Below the pieces are notes generated by a model. That model had not been told where the DNA came from. It worked only from the letters and a program-made list of their open reading frames with translations, and did no database searches. A stretch of 61,323 nt of DNA, taken from a virus (lineage: Duplodnaviria > Caudoviricetes). Location: IMG/VR virus record IMGVR_UViG_3300023174_007841, positions 1 through 61,323 of that record. The stretch is one strand, 5' to 3'. Made by a program: the position numbers and the translations under genes. Below are positions 26,829-38,256 of this stretch, one piece after another; positions within the stretch are counted from its first letter, which is position 1; each line of letters opens with the position of its first letter.

Positions 26829-27089
26829 TTATTCTCGAATAATCATGTTCTTAACTTTTTCATAAATATTCTTTTCAATTTGGCAGATCCTCATTCGCGT
26901 CAGGTTATAAATTTTACCAATTTCCTGAAGCGTTTTAGGACCTGCCTTTGAAGCTATCACGACACAATTTTTACCCTCTCGATAATCTATCCAGTTGCTA
27001 CAGGTCTTTCTTTGACATTCAACCTTGTAGTGTTCGTGAAGAGAAAAGCAAGCCTTGTCGGATATTACTTTTAATTTTTTCTTTTTCAT
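26829..27089 (-). CDS. Stand-alone sigma70 region-4 HTH protein with Cys-rich N-terminus
   Basis: KTLQEIGKIYNLTRMRICQIEK resembles region 4.2 (TLEEIG..F.VTRERIRQIE). N-terminus has four Cys. Confidence 0.8.
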   Translation of the reverse strand: MKKKKLKVISDKACFSLHEHYKVECQRKTCSNWIDYREGKNCVVIASKAGPKTLQEIGKIYNLTRMRICQIEKNIYEKVKNMIIRE

Positions 27090-27169
27090 GAGGTCGTCTA
27101 ACTTATAGACAACCCTATAAAATCAACGTTTATTTGTTTAAGGATGTAGTATAATTGTTCGTAGGTTAC

Positions 27170-28591
27170 ATGAAAAAAACATACGTCCTTGACACCAACG
27201 TCTTACTTAGCGATCCAAATTCTATTTTTTCTTTTGAGGATAATGACCTGATCATTCCGATGGCTGTACTTGAAGAGCTAGATCATCATAAGAGTCGTCT
27301 CGACGAGGTTGGCAGAAACGCTAGACACACCTCAAAGACTCTTGACGAATTAAGACTAAAGGGCAGTTTAGTCGATGGCGTATCGTTACAAAACGGCGCG
27401 ACGCTCAGAATAGTCGCTATAAATCCTAGTATCCTCACCAACCTTCCACCAGAGCTATTGTCTTCCAAGGTCGACAACATGATTATTTCTTTCATGCTGC
27501 AGTTGAAGCAGGAGCAGGATAGATTTTTCAATTCAGACGAAACAAATAATCAAGCTATTCTTGTTACCAAAGACATCAACGTTAGAATTAAGTGCGATTC
27601 TCTTGGTGTTAAGTGCGAAGATTACCTGAAGATGAGAGTAACGGCCGATGCAGAACACTTTTATCGAGGAGTTACTGTCGTTGAGATCGAAGAAAAAAGA
27701 GTCGAAAAATTTTATCGCGACGAAGAATTGTTGTTTACCTCTGAAGAAGTAAAAGATAGCGCGCTTTACCCCAATCAAATAGTCGTCATTAAGAATACCG
27801 GTCAAGATGGTAAGACGACAAAGTCGGCATTAGCAAAATGTGTTGCAGTCGACAAACCTCTTGTTCCTATCGCCAAGATTGAGCAAGCATTCGGTTTGAA
27901 GCCTCGTAATAAAGAACAGTCTTTTTCTTTAGACTTACTCTTTGACAACAACGTTAAACTTCTAACTCTAACAGGACCTTCTGGTACGGGCAAAACCCTA
28001 TTAGCGATCGCGGCGGCTTTAGAACAACTCAAAGGAATTGGTAGTTCTGACTACGCCAAATATGAAAAACTCATAGTTACAAGACCAGTACAACCTGTTG
28101 GCAAGGACATTGGATTTTTGCCGGGTACTCTCGAAGAAAAGATGGAGCCTTGGATTTCTCCGATTCGAGACAACGTTAATTTTTTGATGAATAATCGAAA
28201 AGGTAATAAAAAGCGTACGTCTATAGATCCTGCCAAGTCGAGGATAGGCGACGAATATTATCTTACGCTTATGCAGGAAAAGGGATTAATAGAGATCGAA
28301 GCAATTACATTTATTCGTGGTCGTTCCATTCCAAATGCCTACATCATCATTGATGAAGCTCAAAACCTATCGATGCACGAGCTGAAGACGATCATTACTA
28401 GAGTTGGTGATGGAACCAAGTTGGTTCTCACTGGTGATATCGAGCAAATTGACAACGTCCATGTCGACGCTTTTACTAATGGCCTAACTTACGCAGTTGA
28501 AAAATTTAAAGAGCACAGTATCGCCGGTCACGTCAATCTCATTAAGGGAGAGAGGTCGGAACTGGCCACCTTGGCGTCAAAGATACTCTAG
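27170..28591 (+). CDS. phoH: PIN-domain PhoH-family ATPase (PhoH2/YlaK type)
   Basis: YVLDTNVLL, VLEELD, VTKDIN.RIK (PIN); GPSGTGKT, IGFLPG, IRGRS, IIDEAQN, GDIEQID, ERSELA (PhoH). Confidence 0.93.
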   Translation: MKKTYVLDTNVLLSDPNSIFSFEDNDLIIPMAVLEELDHHKSRLDEVGRNARHTSKTLDELRLKGSLVDGVSLQNGATLRIVAINPSILTNLPPELLSSKVDNMIISFMLQLKQEQDRFFNSDETNNQAILVTKDINVRIKCDSLGVKCEDYLKMRVTADAEHFYRGVTVVEIEEKRVEKFYRDEELLFTSEEVKDSALYPNQIVVIKNTGQDGKTTKSALAKCVAVDKPLVPIAKIEQAFGLKPRNKEQSFSLDLLFDNNVKLLTLTGPSGTGKTLLAIAAALEQLKGIGSSDYAKYEKLIVTRPVQPVGKDIGFLPGTLEEKMEPWISPIRDNVNFLMNNRKGNKKRTSIDPAKSRIGDEYYLTLMQEKGLIEIEAITFIRGRSIPNAYIIIDEAQNLSMHELKTIITRVGDGTKLVLTGDIEQIDNVHVDAFTNGLTYAVEKFKEHSIAGHVNLIKGERSELATLASKIL

Positions 28592-28641
28592 CACTAAATG
28601 GGCGACATTCTAATAATCCAGTATATTTGGTATGTGGAAAC

Positions 28642-29652
28642 ATGAGCGGAATATTAGACAATAAATCTAGAGTCATTGATGCCATTCTGACGTATGAAGG
28701 TAGACGTCAAATGGCCGAAGGTACATTTAGCGTTAACTACGCTACTTTTACTGACGCGCATGTTGTCTATGAGCCCGATGAACAAGAAGGACACGTAGAT
28801 CCGACCAAAAAAATATACCTTGAAGCCTTTAATGCGCCTCAAGATCAAATAACTCTTGAAGCTGATGATTCGGGTTTGCTAAATCCATTTAATGCTTTTG
28901 ATTTTGAATTTAAGTTAAATAAGGGCAAATTAAAAAAAGTAGAAACCAATTTTTTGTCTGGTACCTTTTCAGATATCGTAATTTCTGGTTCTAAATTTGC
29001 ATCTCAAATGGAAGGTGTGTTGACTTCTTCCATAGATAATTTCCAAAAATTGCAAATTTTAAGTACGATTGATCGTTTATTCAACGACGATCAATTTGCA
29101 CTAAGTCCCAACGAGGTAGAATTCAAAATTATACCCAATCAAGAAACCATACAGTTAATTCAACCGACTAATGCTTTTTTAATAGACTCATTATTCAATG
29201 ATGAAAAATTAAGAAATTTAATTAACTTCAAGTGGTTACCACCCATAAAAAAAGTAAATTCTGGAGAATTGATCGATAAAACGAATTCATCAGATTTAAT
29301 CAATAGAGGATATGGGTTGGGTAACTATCCGCCTTGGGGCAAAGTTGAAAAACTTACTTTTGAAAGAATAAAACAGGAGTTAAAAAATTACGAAGAAAAT
29401 TCAAAAGTAATTTATTTCGATCCGACGTCAAGAGACAATGACATTGTTGCACAAATGTTTGAAATAACAGACAACGAAGCCAGAAAGTTGGATGTCATAG
29501 ATTACGGTAGGGTTTATAATAATTCACAATCTATCAAGGTTGCAACTCATCATGTGTTTTTCGTTGGAAAACTTATAATTGACAATTCGGGATCAGATTG
29601 TTTTATACACTTGTTTACCTTGATTTTTGGATCGAGCGAAGAGGAATTTTAG
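28642..29652 (+). CDS. Probable virion (tail/baseplate) protein; N-terminus paralogous to the 38257 product
   Basis: MSGILDNKSRVIDAILTYEGRRQMA matches MGWLDNSTNNIILDAVLTDFGRQALA. First gene of a long plus-strand block. Confidence 0.6.
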   Translation: MSGILDNKSRVIDAILTYEGRRQMAEGTFSVNYATFTDAHVVYEPDEQEGHVDPTKKIYLEAFNAPQDQITLEADDSGLLNPFNAFDFEFKLNKGKLKKVETNFLSGTFSDIVISGSKFASQMEGVLTSSIDNFQKLQILSTIDRLFNDDQFALSPNEVEFKIIPNQETIQLIQPTNAFLIDSLFNDEKLRNLINFKWLPPIKKVNSGELIDKTNSSDLINRGYGLGNYPPWGKVEKLTFERIKQELKNYEENSKVIYFDPTSRDNDIVAQMFEITDNEARKLDVIDYGRVYNNSQSIKVATHHVFFVGKLIIDNSGSDCFIHLFTLIFGSSEEEF

Positions 29653-29664
29653 AGAGAAATCTAG

Positions 29665-32094
29665 ATGCAATCATATTCTTTCACAAATAAACAGAAAAAT
29701 TTGTTGGAGTTTTCTCCTCATTTCGCTACGCTTATTGACGAACTAGAAGAAGAGTATATTTTTGAATTCGTTTTTAGAATATCTCAGGTAGCTATAGTAA
29801 AAAAATTTTTAAGTAGGCTAGTTGTCAAGTGTGTTAATCCCAACGTTTTTGTTGAAAAAAATTCTAGTGTAAAAAAACTCAGTAGTTCACCACCTCAAAA
29901 AAAAGCTATTGTAGCCCAATTAGGCAAATCAGAAATTGAAAATATTTTATTCAAACACACTAGACAAATAAAGCAAGCTATTGCAAAAGAAAATAGTGTG
30001 ATTACTGAAGGCGTCGCTAATTTACAAAATTATGTTGAACCGAACGTAGCAAAATCTCTTCTTTCGGGTAGAAAAGCCGCAGAAATAGAACAAATGTATT
30101 CTTATATTGACAGTTTAGAACTGGTTAATAACGAATACGAACTTCCGTCAGCGTCTACGATCAGCCAAAACGAAGTCAGAAAAGTTAACCTAGATTTAAT
30201 CTCTAATTTTCTTCTTCATCCAATGGAAGCAGTCAATTATCAGACTGATATAGACATCGTCAACTCTATTAGAAAATATTATACATATGATGCTTTGCAA
30301 TCTCTACCCAGAGAAAAAGCTTATTATAAACCTGCAAAGAAAAAGAAACTGGTCGACAAGGTATCAATACCCGTTTATCTAGCGATACCAAAAAGACTAG
30401 TGCAAGGAAGTTTTGAAATACAGTTGGAGATTTTAAAATTTGAAAGAAATAAAAAGGCCAAACTTTTTATTAGCGAGGTTCCCGTTGAAAGAAAAATAAC
30501 GACCATTAATCTTGCCAAACACTTAAAATTTTTTAAACAGCCAATAGCTCGCCCCGTTTTAGAAGCGCCGACGGAAGACACGCCAGAAGTTATAGCAACT
30601 CAAAAAGATGCTAATTCTAACTATTTGAGAATTGAAAAAAAAGAGATGAATAATCGAGGCGATTGCACTCGCTATACGATAGCGTGTGAAGCCTTGGGTT
30701 TAGTTGTCGGTGAAAATAGTTCGATAACAGAAGCCGTACCTGACAATAAATTCAATATATTTCGTTGTGTTTCTGGTGATGCTATAACGACCATGCTAAA
30801 TCCTCGAGTCGATGGCATAATTTCTGGACAAGTAATTCCTGTCGATACTACGACTTTAATAGTTACAGACAAACTAAATATTGGCATTTCAGACGCGATA
30901 GAGATCACGATAAAATATCCACCCGCATATGCTTCCCAATTCCAAATTAGTAGATCTACTTGGGATGGTTCTTCTTTTGATAAAAAAGAAGTGATTATTC
31001 CCTATAGAGATTTTGATGGAGATTCTACGCTAGTGGTAGATGATCTGGTAAAAAATGGATATATTTATGAATATTTTTTGAGTTATAAAACGTTAACGGG
31101 AGAGATTAGACAATCTATCAGTAGAATACACCAATATTTCAAAATTAGCAATAAGGGAATTTCTGTTTCCATAGATTCTCCCGCAGCTTCGATAGTTGCG
31201 GGCCGTCCTGCTTTAAAATTTAATATTTTTCATAATCAATTACATAACTCTGAAAGAATAGCAGATCTTGCAGCGCAACAGTTGATTTCTTCTAAAGATA
31301 CGTTAGAAACAAGTACTAATAGTAAATTAGACAAATTAGACGATCTAATTTATCATAAAGTAGCAAGAATAAATTTGAAAACTGGCATTAGGGAATTTTT
31401 TAGTAACATAACTGCAGATTTTTCGTTAGGCGTAAATAGCAATCAACAATTCCTTAATGATGATCCAGACAACAGGAAGAAACACGGAATAGAAGACTTA
31501 GATCTCACGACTGATTATTTGTATGAGGTGAGAACGTACGCTAGAAATCCCTCTACTATGATTAAGGGATTGGTTCATCAAGTGAAACTACCGCCCGCTT
31601 CAGCAAAATCTCCGCCTAAAATTTATAGTTATAAACCTCACAAGTGGCGACAACCTTCCTATTTGGAAAGTGGTACCATTCCTGCGCAAGATGAGCAAGA
31701 TAACATAGTGATGAAGAGGATAGACGAGGACGGAGAAGTAGGCATAACTGCGACTTATTTGTTAACGGGTATGAATAAGTTACTTATGATTAATTCATTT
31801 ACTGCTGAACGTGTCGACGCTAATAAAGTTAGACTGTCTTGGGGTTTAACTGGAGACATGTCAGAATTCGATCACTTTGTCGTCGTTAAAGAAGTCAACA
31901 AGACAAGAAATTTACTTGGTGCTGTTATAGGACAAGAGTTATTCGACTTTTTAGGTCCTAATGACCTAGGAACTATTATTTACTATGCGATTCCTGTCTT
32001 ATACGATTTTTCAGCCGGCGTCGCGACGAGATCAAATGCGCTAGTCATAGATCCAGAAGAACTACATTTTAAACAACAGGTTTCGGAGAAATAA
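29665..32094 (+). CDS. Large probable virion protein with FN3/Ig-like segments
   Basis: FQISRS...VVDDLVKNGYIYEYFL, YLYEVR, FTAERVDANKVRLSWG. Confidence 0.55.
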   Translation: MQSYSFTNKQKNLLEFSPHFATLIDELEEEYIFEFVFRISQVAIVKKFLSRLVVKCVNPNVFVEKNSSVKKLSSSPPQKKAIVAQLGKSEIENILFKHTRQIKQAIAKENSVITEGVANLQNYVEPNVAKSLLSGRKAAEIEQMYSYIDSLELVNNEYELPSASTISQNEVRKVNLDLISNFLLHPMEAVNYQTDIDIVNSIRKYYTYDALQSLPREKAYYKPAKKKKLVDKVSIPVYLAIPKRLVQGSFEIQLEILKFERNKKAKLFISEVPVERKITTINLAKHLKFFKQPIARPVLEAPTEDTPEVIATQKDANSNYLRIEKKEMNNRGDCTRYTIACEALGLVVGENSSITEAVPDNKFNIFRCVSGDAITTMLNPRVDGIISGQVIPVDTTTLIVTDKLNIGISDAIEITIKYPPAYASQFQISRSTWDGSSFDKKEVIIPYRDFDGDSTLVVDDLVKNGYIYEYFLSYKTLTGEIRQSISRIHQYFKISNKGISVSIDSPAASIVAGRPALKFNIFHNQLHNSERIADLAAQQLISSKDTLETSTNSKLDKLDDLIYHKVARINLKTGIREFFSNITADFSLGVNSNQQFLNDDPDNRKKHGIEDLDLTTDYLYEVRTYARNPSTMIKGLVHQVKLPPASAKSPPKIYSYKPHKWRQPSYLESGTIPAQDEQDNIVMKRIDEDGEVGITATYLLTGMNKLLMINSFTAERVDANKVRLSWGLTGDMSEFDHFVVVKEVNKTRNLLGAVIGQELFDFLGPNDLGTIIYYAIPVLYDFSAGVATRSNALVIDPEELHFKQQVSEK

Positions 32095-35000
32095 ATGTTA
32101 TCAAAGTCTAGGGTTTTTAATCACGGAAATGTAGTTGCTCAATCCATCGGTGGATCTGCTCATAATATTGTAAACTTTGAGACTATTAGGCCCTTTCACG
32201 CTTCTTACGAAACCGTAAAAAATAATCTCGATGAGACTTTTACAATACCCAGCATAAATCAACAAAAAAAGGTTGAACCGTTTGATACCGCTACAGGTAT
32301 TATTAGCAACAGTCCTGAAATTATAGCATTTTCAAATTTTATTCCCGTTTACGACAAATACAATAATCTAAACGAATTTGGACAATATCTACAGACGAAA
32401 CAAGACTCTATTCTCATAAGATCTTCGAAAACAGTACAGAGTTTAATTACAAGCAACGTTAGTAATATTCTAATAAGTGCAGCCGAAGCTAATGCAGGAA
32501 ATATATTAGAATATATTGAGTTACATGCAAAAGGAATAGAAGAGCTGTTAAATCACTTTTCTTTAATTAGGAAAAAACTAGATTTTAGATATCCTATCGA
32601 TCAGAATATTTTAACGCTTATAGGAGTTCTACCTCCTGATTACACTTTAAATGATCCAGAATCTCAAGTTTTTTATGCCAACTCCCTACCGCTCGATGTT
32701 GAAGAAATATTAAACGAGTCTTCTAATGTCACAAATACGTGGACGCCAACCAAGATTTGGTTACAGAGTTGTCTAGAACTAAAAGAATTATTAGCTAATG
32801 GGATGCCTCAGTCTTTTTTGTCAGATGGTACGACATTAGGAATAGATCCCCATAATACGTCCTACTACGACGCCCTTAGCTTGAATCAAGCTAGGTCTTC
32901 GTTAATAAAAAAGTTTGGATTTAACGAAAGACAAGTTCTTGCTTATCCAATACAGAATTTAGTAAGAGGTAACGTTGATAGCCTCGGTGCAATAATTTCT
33001 GTTACTACTGCTGCTTTTAGCTCTAGCGATATTGGTAGCTCTATTTTTAATCAAAAAATATTTTCAGATACTTCTAGCATAGACGAGTCCATAGCTAAGT
33101 TAAGTCATCTTTTGTGCAAGGAATATGTTTACTCCACGAAAATGCGATCGGAAGTCGTTGTAGATTACGGTTATCCATTTAACTTTGGTGGTAAAAATTC
33201 TAATATTTGGAATTATTTTATTGGACAAGTTGGAGCAGATATAACTGATATTTCTTCTACGCCTTTGGGCGGTGGCAAATCACTCGTTAGTTTAGCTCAA
33301 ACTGTAGAGCCCGATGGAACAGAAGTGTTATCATTCGAGGATAGATACATTAACGATAACGTGGGGACAGTTAGACCGAACGTGGTAATAACACCTGGAA
33401 CTATTTATTATCTTGAAAGTTCTATAAATCCAACCACGAATGGCTTCGATATTACACGCTTAAATCGTTATTTATCTAGATTAAATTCTGCGACCAACAT
33501 GTTGAAAATGGTCAAAGAGGATTTATCTTTTAAGTCCGAAACGCCGTATTCTAGCATAATAAATAAAGTCACTAACGTTTCCGAGCCAGGTGTTACTAAT
33601 ACTAACACCAATAGTTCTACTAATGATACTACAAAAAATCAAAAACAAGAAGATGTAAAAAATGCTCTTTCTAATCCTGTCAGTTTATTAAGGCATATAG
33701 AAAAAAATATTTTTGGTGGATCAGGTTTGTTGAGAAGAAATATTGGTCCCAAACTATGGACTAATAAAAATGTCAATGACGCTGATACGGATGTGAGCGC
33801 GCTGTTAATTTCTTTAGCAATAGACAAGGATGATGCTGAGTTACAGGCGCTGTTGTTTTTACATCAAGTATACTCGGCTGCTTCTGCGACCGGTGCAGTA
33901 ATGGAATATAGTCCTCAATCTCTCCCCACGCCGGCAGACAATGTAATTAAAATACAGATAGTAGACTCTATTATGAAAAGAGTTAAAGCTCTGTTGGATC
34001 AAGACACGACGTTGTCTAGATTAAAACATCAAGATGAAATTAGTTTATCTATTTCTGTAATAAAAGATGCGTTGTTGTCTCAATTTACTTCTCCTCATTT
34101 AAGAGTTTTAAATCAGATAGGGTCATTGCTGAACCAGTTCGATGAAAATTTTGATAGTGACGACCCGAAAGCTAGAACGAATGGAAGATTTTTTCTTGAT
34201 CAAACAAGAAATATTGGTATTACAACGCAGACTAGAATTAATAACACTATTAATTTACCCACTGATAAAAAATCAGCTTATTCGGGTATTCAAAAAACTT
34301 CATATCTAATCGCGATGTTTAAATTGTGTTGCTTGATGGTACATCTTGCTAATCCTGAAAGATTAGGATCAATAAAAAAACCAAATGTAAGAGGACAGGG
34401 TAGCGACAAAATAACGATTAGCAAAATAAGAAATTCGATTATTGGGGTTTTTCTTGGTTCGGCCGAGTTAAATCAAGGTATCACAAAATTCAATATATCT
34501 GAAAATGACTCTCAAGGAAAACAATCTTTCGGTCTTTCGGGTATCTCTAATCTAGGGGCCAGTACAAATAAGATCTACAATTCTTCTATACCTGGAATTA
34601 AAAAATTAGAAACTTTTAAGAAAAATATTAAAGTTTTTGAATTACCTTCAGCTATTAAAAGTGGCGTCCAAATTTTTGGTAATAACGCTGTTACTTCATT
34701 AAACGTTTTTTCCAACTCTGACACTCGATTAGTCGCTTTGCAATACGACGAAACCATGGTTAGTGTAGAAAATATGCTAACTGATTATGATAAAAAAATG
34801 ATGCGATTTGTTGACAAGTTTTATTCGTTTGTTTATAGTCTAAAAAGCGAATTTACACTATTAAAAAACAATTTGCAACTTAGGTCAGGATTATACGGAA
34901 GAACTTTGCTGACACTAACTAGACAGATAGGCGATCCCACGTTGACCAGGTCTCTGTTTTCTGAAGAACAACTCTTGTTAATGAGAAGTAAATTTGAAGA

Positions 35001-36060
35001 CTATATGGTCAGGCTAAAGAAAGACTACAATTCGCCCATCAGGGATTCAGTTCCACATTTTCAAAGTTTAAAAGACATCAATGGTTTTGAATGCCTTTTG
35101 CCGATAGAAGACGTTCATCTCATCTCTTGGAATACTTTCTTGAAAAGCTTTTTAGCTTCGGGTGAATATGTCGAAGGCGCTGGCTCTAATAAGAAAATTA
35201 TTTCTATAGGTATACCACAAAAAATACACAGAAGAATGAGAGTAAATTCTTCTAATTTGAGTGGGGTGAGACACAGGAATAGTCTAATTAAAGTGTGCAT
35301 TTATAGGGTAAATTCATTTTTACCAGACGTGATATATAAACCGAAAACCCTTCTATTCGATTTAAAGTTATTTCCTACTAGGGTTTTAAGAAATTTTATT
35401 GACAGCGGTTTTAGCGTATCTGAAAGTGAAGATATATCGACGAACGTTCCTACGTCTACTTCTTTGCTTCAAACTCTTAGTAGCGACGTAGTTGCGTTTA
35501 TACCTCATTGGAAAAATACAGAAGACTATAATTTTACTTTAGTCGATGCGTTAGAAAAATCGAGTCTTAGGGACACGAATTATTCGTTTTTATCCGATGA
35601 TGAATTTAAAGAAATTTTTGATAATCACTCTATCAGTTTTTTGATGGAAGAATACTTGAGGTATGTAGCTGATCTTCCCTTCGACGAACAAAAATATCAA
35701 CAATACAATGCTATTTCACAGAAATCACAATCGCAATTTTCTAAATTTGTAATGGAAAGAGCCCCGGCCGAGACCATAAGAGGATCTATCGACAACCTCT
35801 ATAACGACGAAACGTTGCTTTCTAATCAAGAAACAATAATTAGATCGTTAATATTGCCTAAAAAATTCGATAGAGCGTTTCATGTTATATTCGATCCTGA
35901 TGATTTTGAAATAGACGAAAGAACACCAAAAGAAGTAATCGAAAAATACGTTGGAGCTACCGGTGACGTTTCTAGTCTGAGTAGAAATGACTGGAATGAA
36001 CCTACGTTCGACAAATATTATGTCGCATTAGAAACCCATGAAGGAGACGACGCATCGTGA
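32095..36060 (+). CDS. Large hypothetical protein (1321 aa), probably structural
   Basis: Long Ser/Asn-rich ORF abutting both neighbours. No enzyme motif recognised. Confidence 0.6.
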   Translation: MLSKSRVFNHGNVVAQSIGGSAHNIVNFETIRPFHASYETVKNNLDETFTIPSINQQKKVEPFDTATGIISNSPEIIAFSNFIPVYDKYNNLNEFGQYLQTKQDSILIRSSKTVQSLITSNVSNILISAAEANAGNILEYIELHAKGIEELLNHFSLIRKKLDFRYPIDQNILTLIGVLPPDYTLNDPESQVFYANSLPLDVEEILNESSNVTNTWTPTKIWLQSCLELKELLANGMPQSFLSDGTTLGIDPHNTSYYDALSLNQARSSLIKKFGFNERQVLAYPIQNLVRGNVDSLGAIISVTTAAFSSSDIGSSIFNQKIFSDTSSIDESIAKLSHLLCKEYVYSTKMRSEVVVDYGYPFNFGGKNSNIWNYFIGQVGADITDISSTPLGGGKSLVSLAQTVEPDGTEVLSFEDRYINDNVGTVRPNVVITPGTIYYLESSINPTTNGFDITRLNRYLSRLNSATNMLKMVKEDLSFKSETPYSSIINKVTNVSEPGVTNTNTNSSTNDTTKNQKQEDVKNALSNPVSLLRHIEKNIFGGSGLLRRNIGPKLWTNKNVNDADTDVSALLISLAIDKDDAELQALLFLHQVYSAASATGAVMEYSPQSLPTPADNVIKIQIVDSIMKRVKALLDQDTTLSRLKHQDEISLSISVIKDALLSQFTSPHLRVLNQIGSLLNQFDENFDSDDPKARTNGRFFLDQTRNIGITTQTRINNTINLPTDKKSAYSGIQKTSYLIAMFKLCCLMVHLANPERLGSIKKPNVRGQGSDKITISKIRNSIIGVFLGSAELNQGITKFNISENDSQGKQSFGLSGISNLGASTNKIYNSSIPGIKKLETFKKNIKVFELPSAIKSGVQIFGNNAVTSLNVFSNSDTRLVALQYDETMVSVENMLTDYDKKMMRFVDKFYSFVYSLKSEFTLLKNNLQLRSGLYGRTLLTLTRQIGDPTLTRSLFSEEQLLLMRSKFEDYMVRLKKDYNSPIRDSVPHFQSLKDINGFECLLPIEDVHLISWNTFLKSFLASGEYVEGAGSNKKIISIGIPQKIHRRMRVNSSNLSGVRHRNSLIKVCIYRVNSFLPDVIYKPKTLLFDLKLFPTRVLRNFIDSGFSVSESEDISTNVPTSTSLLQTLSSDVVAFIPHWKNTEDYNFTLVDALEKSSLRDTNYSFLSDDEFKEIFDNHSISFLMEEYLRYVADLPFDEQKYQQYNAISQKSQSQFSKFVMERAPAETIRGSIDNLYNDETLLSNQETIIRSLILPKKFDRAFHVIFDPDDFEIDERTPKEVIEKYVGATGDVSSLSRNDWNEPTFDKYYVALETHEGDDAS

Positions 36061-38198
36061 CATTCGCTAAACCAGAAACTGTATTATCTAGTTTTTCTAG
36101 ACCTTCTTCTCCCGTGGTTTCTATGAACATACCGAAAGTCGGAGGGTTCGCCGCAAACTTTTTTTACAATTATTACACAACAGACGAACGAACTAATGAA
36201 AACTCCGATATCCCAAATTATCTAAAAAGAAAATCTGTAGAGCAAATTAATACCGATGTTGTCGATTTTTCTTTAAGGGTTCCGAGATACAACAAGATTC
36301 AATGGGAGAGTCCCGTGGGCTCAGTCGCCCCTGCCGGGGCGCTCGTCGCGAATAGTCCAGGAAATTCCATTCAATCCAATCTAGATAAAATTCAAACAGA
36401 AGAATCTTTTTTAAAATCCAAATTTTCTTCTCACTCAATATCAAATTATGGTTCTATTCGTGATGCCAGCACCGAAATCATGAGCCTCGGCGGGCAGCTA
36501 TATCCGAATCTAGAAGACGCCTACCCAGAAACAAGTTTAGGCTCAACTTATAACGACGCTCTAGATAATACGCCGTTAAGAGACATCATGGCTTCTTCTA
36601 CTCCTACGAGTGTACTAAGCTATAATTCTCCCTCGGGCATTCCCAAAGTTATAACGACTCAAAAGACTCCGCAACAGATTAGAAATACTTTTCCTAACTC
36701 CGCTGCGCAAATAAATAAACAACAACAATATTATTTATCTAATGACGGATTAAACGATATGGGTTTTAGTTTGTCGAAATTAGTCGATACGTACAATGAA
36801 AACTCGTTAAAAAACTATTCTTTAACTAATCAAACAAACAGGGGATCTTCTTCAGAAAAAGAAAGATTTCAAGATATTTCGAAAGCAGTAAAAAGCGTAG
36901 AAGACATCGCTACTAACCCCCTAAAGAGTCATGGTATGGCTTTTTATGATACCAACAACAAGCAAGTAAAAGTTGATTTAGGTTACGATTCTTTAAAAGT
37001 CAAAATAAATAAGAATCCGCTAAACTTACAAGTCAACAAGTTGACAGGGGTAGATATTTTCGCCTCAGCTTCGCTTTCTAGAGAAGAAAGAAAACGATTA
37101 AATCTAAATTACAATAGAGCGAATAAAGAATCTTCGGAGGTCGACGACGTGTATGCACAACCCACGTATGTGGGCCCAGTGATACAAACACCTGATGCTT
37201 TTGAAACATCTGCAGGATTAATAGGTTATTTAATAGAAAGATCTGTCTATACCGAAAGAGGTTTCGAAAAAGATAAAACATATACCGTAGAAAATGCGTA
37301 CGTGACAGATTTTATTGACACGTCTATCTTGTTCGGTAAAGAATATTTTTATTCGATTAGATCTATAGTCAGAGTTTCTACGACAGGCTACGATGAAGAG
37401 ACTAACGAAATACGGGAGATTCAATACTATATCGGGTCTCAACCTGTTACTACAACCGTCAAGACTTTTGAGTTTGTGCCACCACCGCCACCTGTAGATT
37501 TAAACTTTGTATGGGATTATAAGAATAAAAAATTACAAGTCACGTGGGGAATGCCTGTTAATTCTCAAAGAGACATTACACAATTTCAGGTTTTCAGAAG
37601 ACAAAGTATAGAAGAACCATTCGAACTAATAGCTCAAAAGTGTTTTGATAATTCCAGATTAAAATATCGTACGGGAGAAATAATAGACGGTAATTTCAAA
37701 AATATGTCGCCAGAAAATTTGCAGTTTGTTGAATACTCTGATCAACCCGTGATGTTTTTTATAGATGAAGATTTTAAGGTTGATCCTAAAAGTCTAAAGT
37801 CTTCTAGGTTTATTTATACCATCGTTTCTCTCGACGCGCACGGAATGTCTTCGAATTATGGTTCGCAATTCGAGATTAATTTTGATTTTTTCAAAAATGC
37901 GCTGATGAAGAAATTGATTAGTTCACCTGGTGCTCCCAAGCCTTATCCAAATCTATACGTAAAAATAGATGCATTTAAAGACGTCATAAAAACGAACGGA
38001 GTCAATTCGACAAAACTAAAGATTTATTTTATGCCTGAATATTTTAAGATATTGAAAGAAGACGGATTGATTCAAAGAATGATTTCAACCAAACAAGATA
38101 ATGCTTACTATAAAATTCAGTTCATCAATCTCCAAAATCAAAAAGGCGATTCGTTGAAGATCACTATAGATGATCCTCATGAACTGACAACAATTTAA
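36057..38198 (+). CDS. Probable virion protein with FN3-like domains
   Basis: GYLIERS...FIDTSILFGKEYFYSIRS; PPPPPVDLNFVWDY..LQVTWGMP...FQVFRR. Confidence 0.6.
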   Translation: MTFAKPETVLSSFSRPSSPVVSMNIPKVGGFAANFFYNYYTTDERTNENSDIPNYLKRKSVEQINTDVVDFSLRVPRYNKIQWESPVGSVAPAGALVANSPGNSIQSNLDKIQTEESFLKSKFSSHSISNYGSIRDASTEIMSLGGQLYPNLEDAYPETSLGSTYNDALDNTPLRDIMASSTPTSVLSYNSPSGIPKVITTQKTPQQIRNTFPNSAAQINKQQQYYLSNDGLNDMGFSLSKLVDTYNENSLKNYSLTNQTNRGSSSEKERFQDISKAVKSVEDIATNPLKSHGMAFYDTNNKQVKVDLGYDSLKVKINKNPLNLQVNKLTGVDIFASASLSREERKRLNLNYNRANKESSEVDDVYAQPTYVGPVIQTPDAFETSAGLIGYLIERSVYTERGFEKDKTYTVENAYVTDFIDTSILFGKEYFYSIRSIVRVSTTGYDEETNEIREIQYYIGSQPVTTTVKTFEFVPPPPPVDLNFVWDYKNKKLQVTWGMPVNSQRDITQFQVFRRQSIEEPFELIAQKCFDNSRLKYRTGEIIDGNFKNMSPENLQFVEYSDQPVMFFIDEDFKVDPKSLKSSRFIYTIVSLDAHGMSSNYGSQFEINFDFFKNALMKKLISSPGAPKPYPNLYVKIDAFKDVIKTNGVNSTKLKIYFMPEYFKILKEDGLIQRMISTKQDNAYYKIQFINLQNQKGDSLKITIDDPHELTTI

Positions 38199-38256
38199 AG
38201 CAGTAATTTTAGGAATTCAATATCTATTGTAAGATTGTGTACGCGGAGGCTTCAAA

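Noticed and set aside
36326-36341. GC-rich hairpin CGCCCC-TGCC-GGGGCG
   Set aside because: Only 6 bp, inside a CDS (APAGA codons), with no U-tract. Probably incidental.
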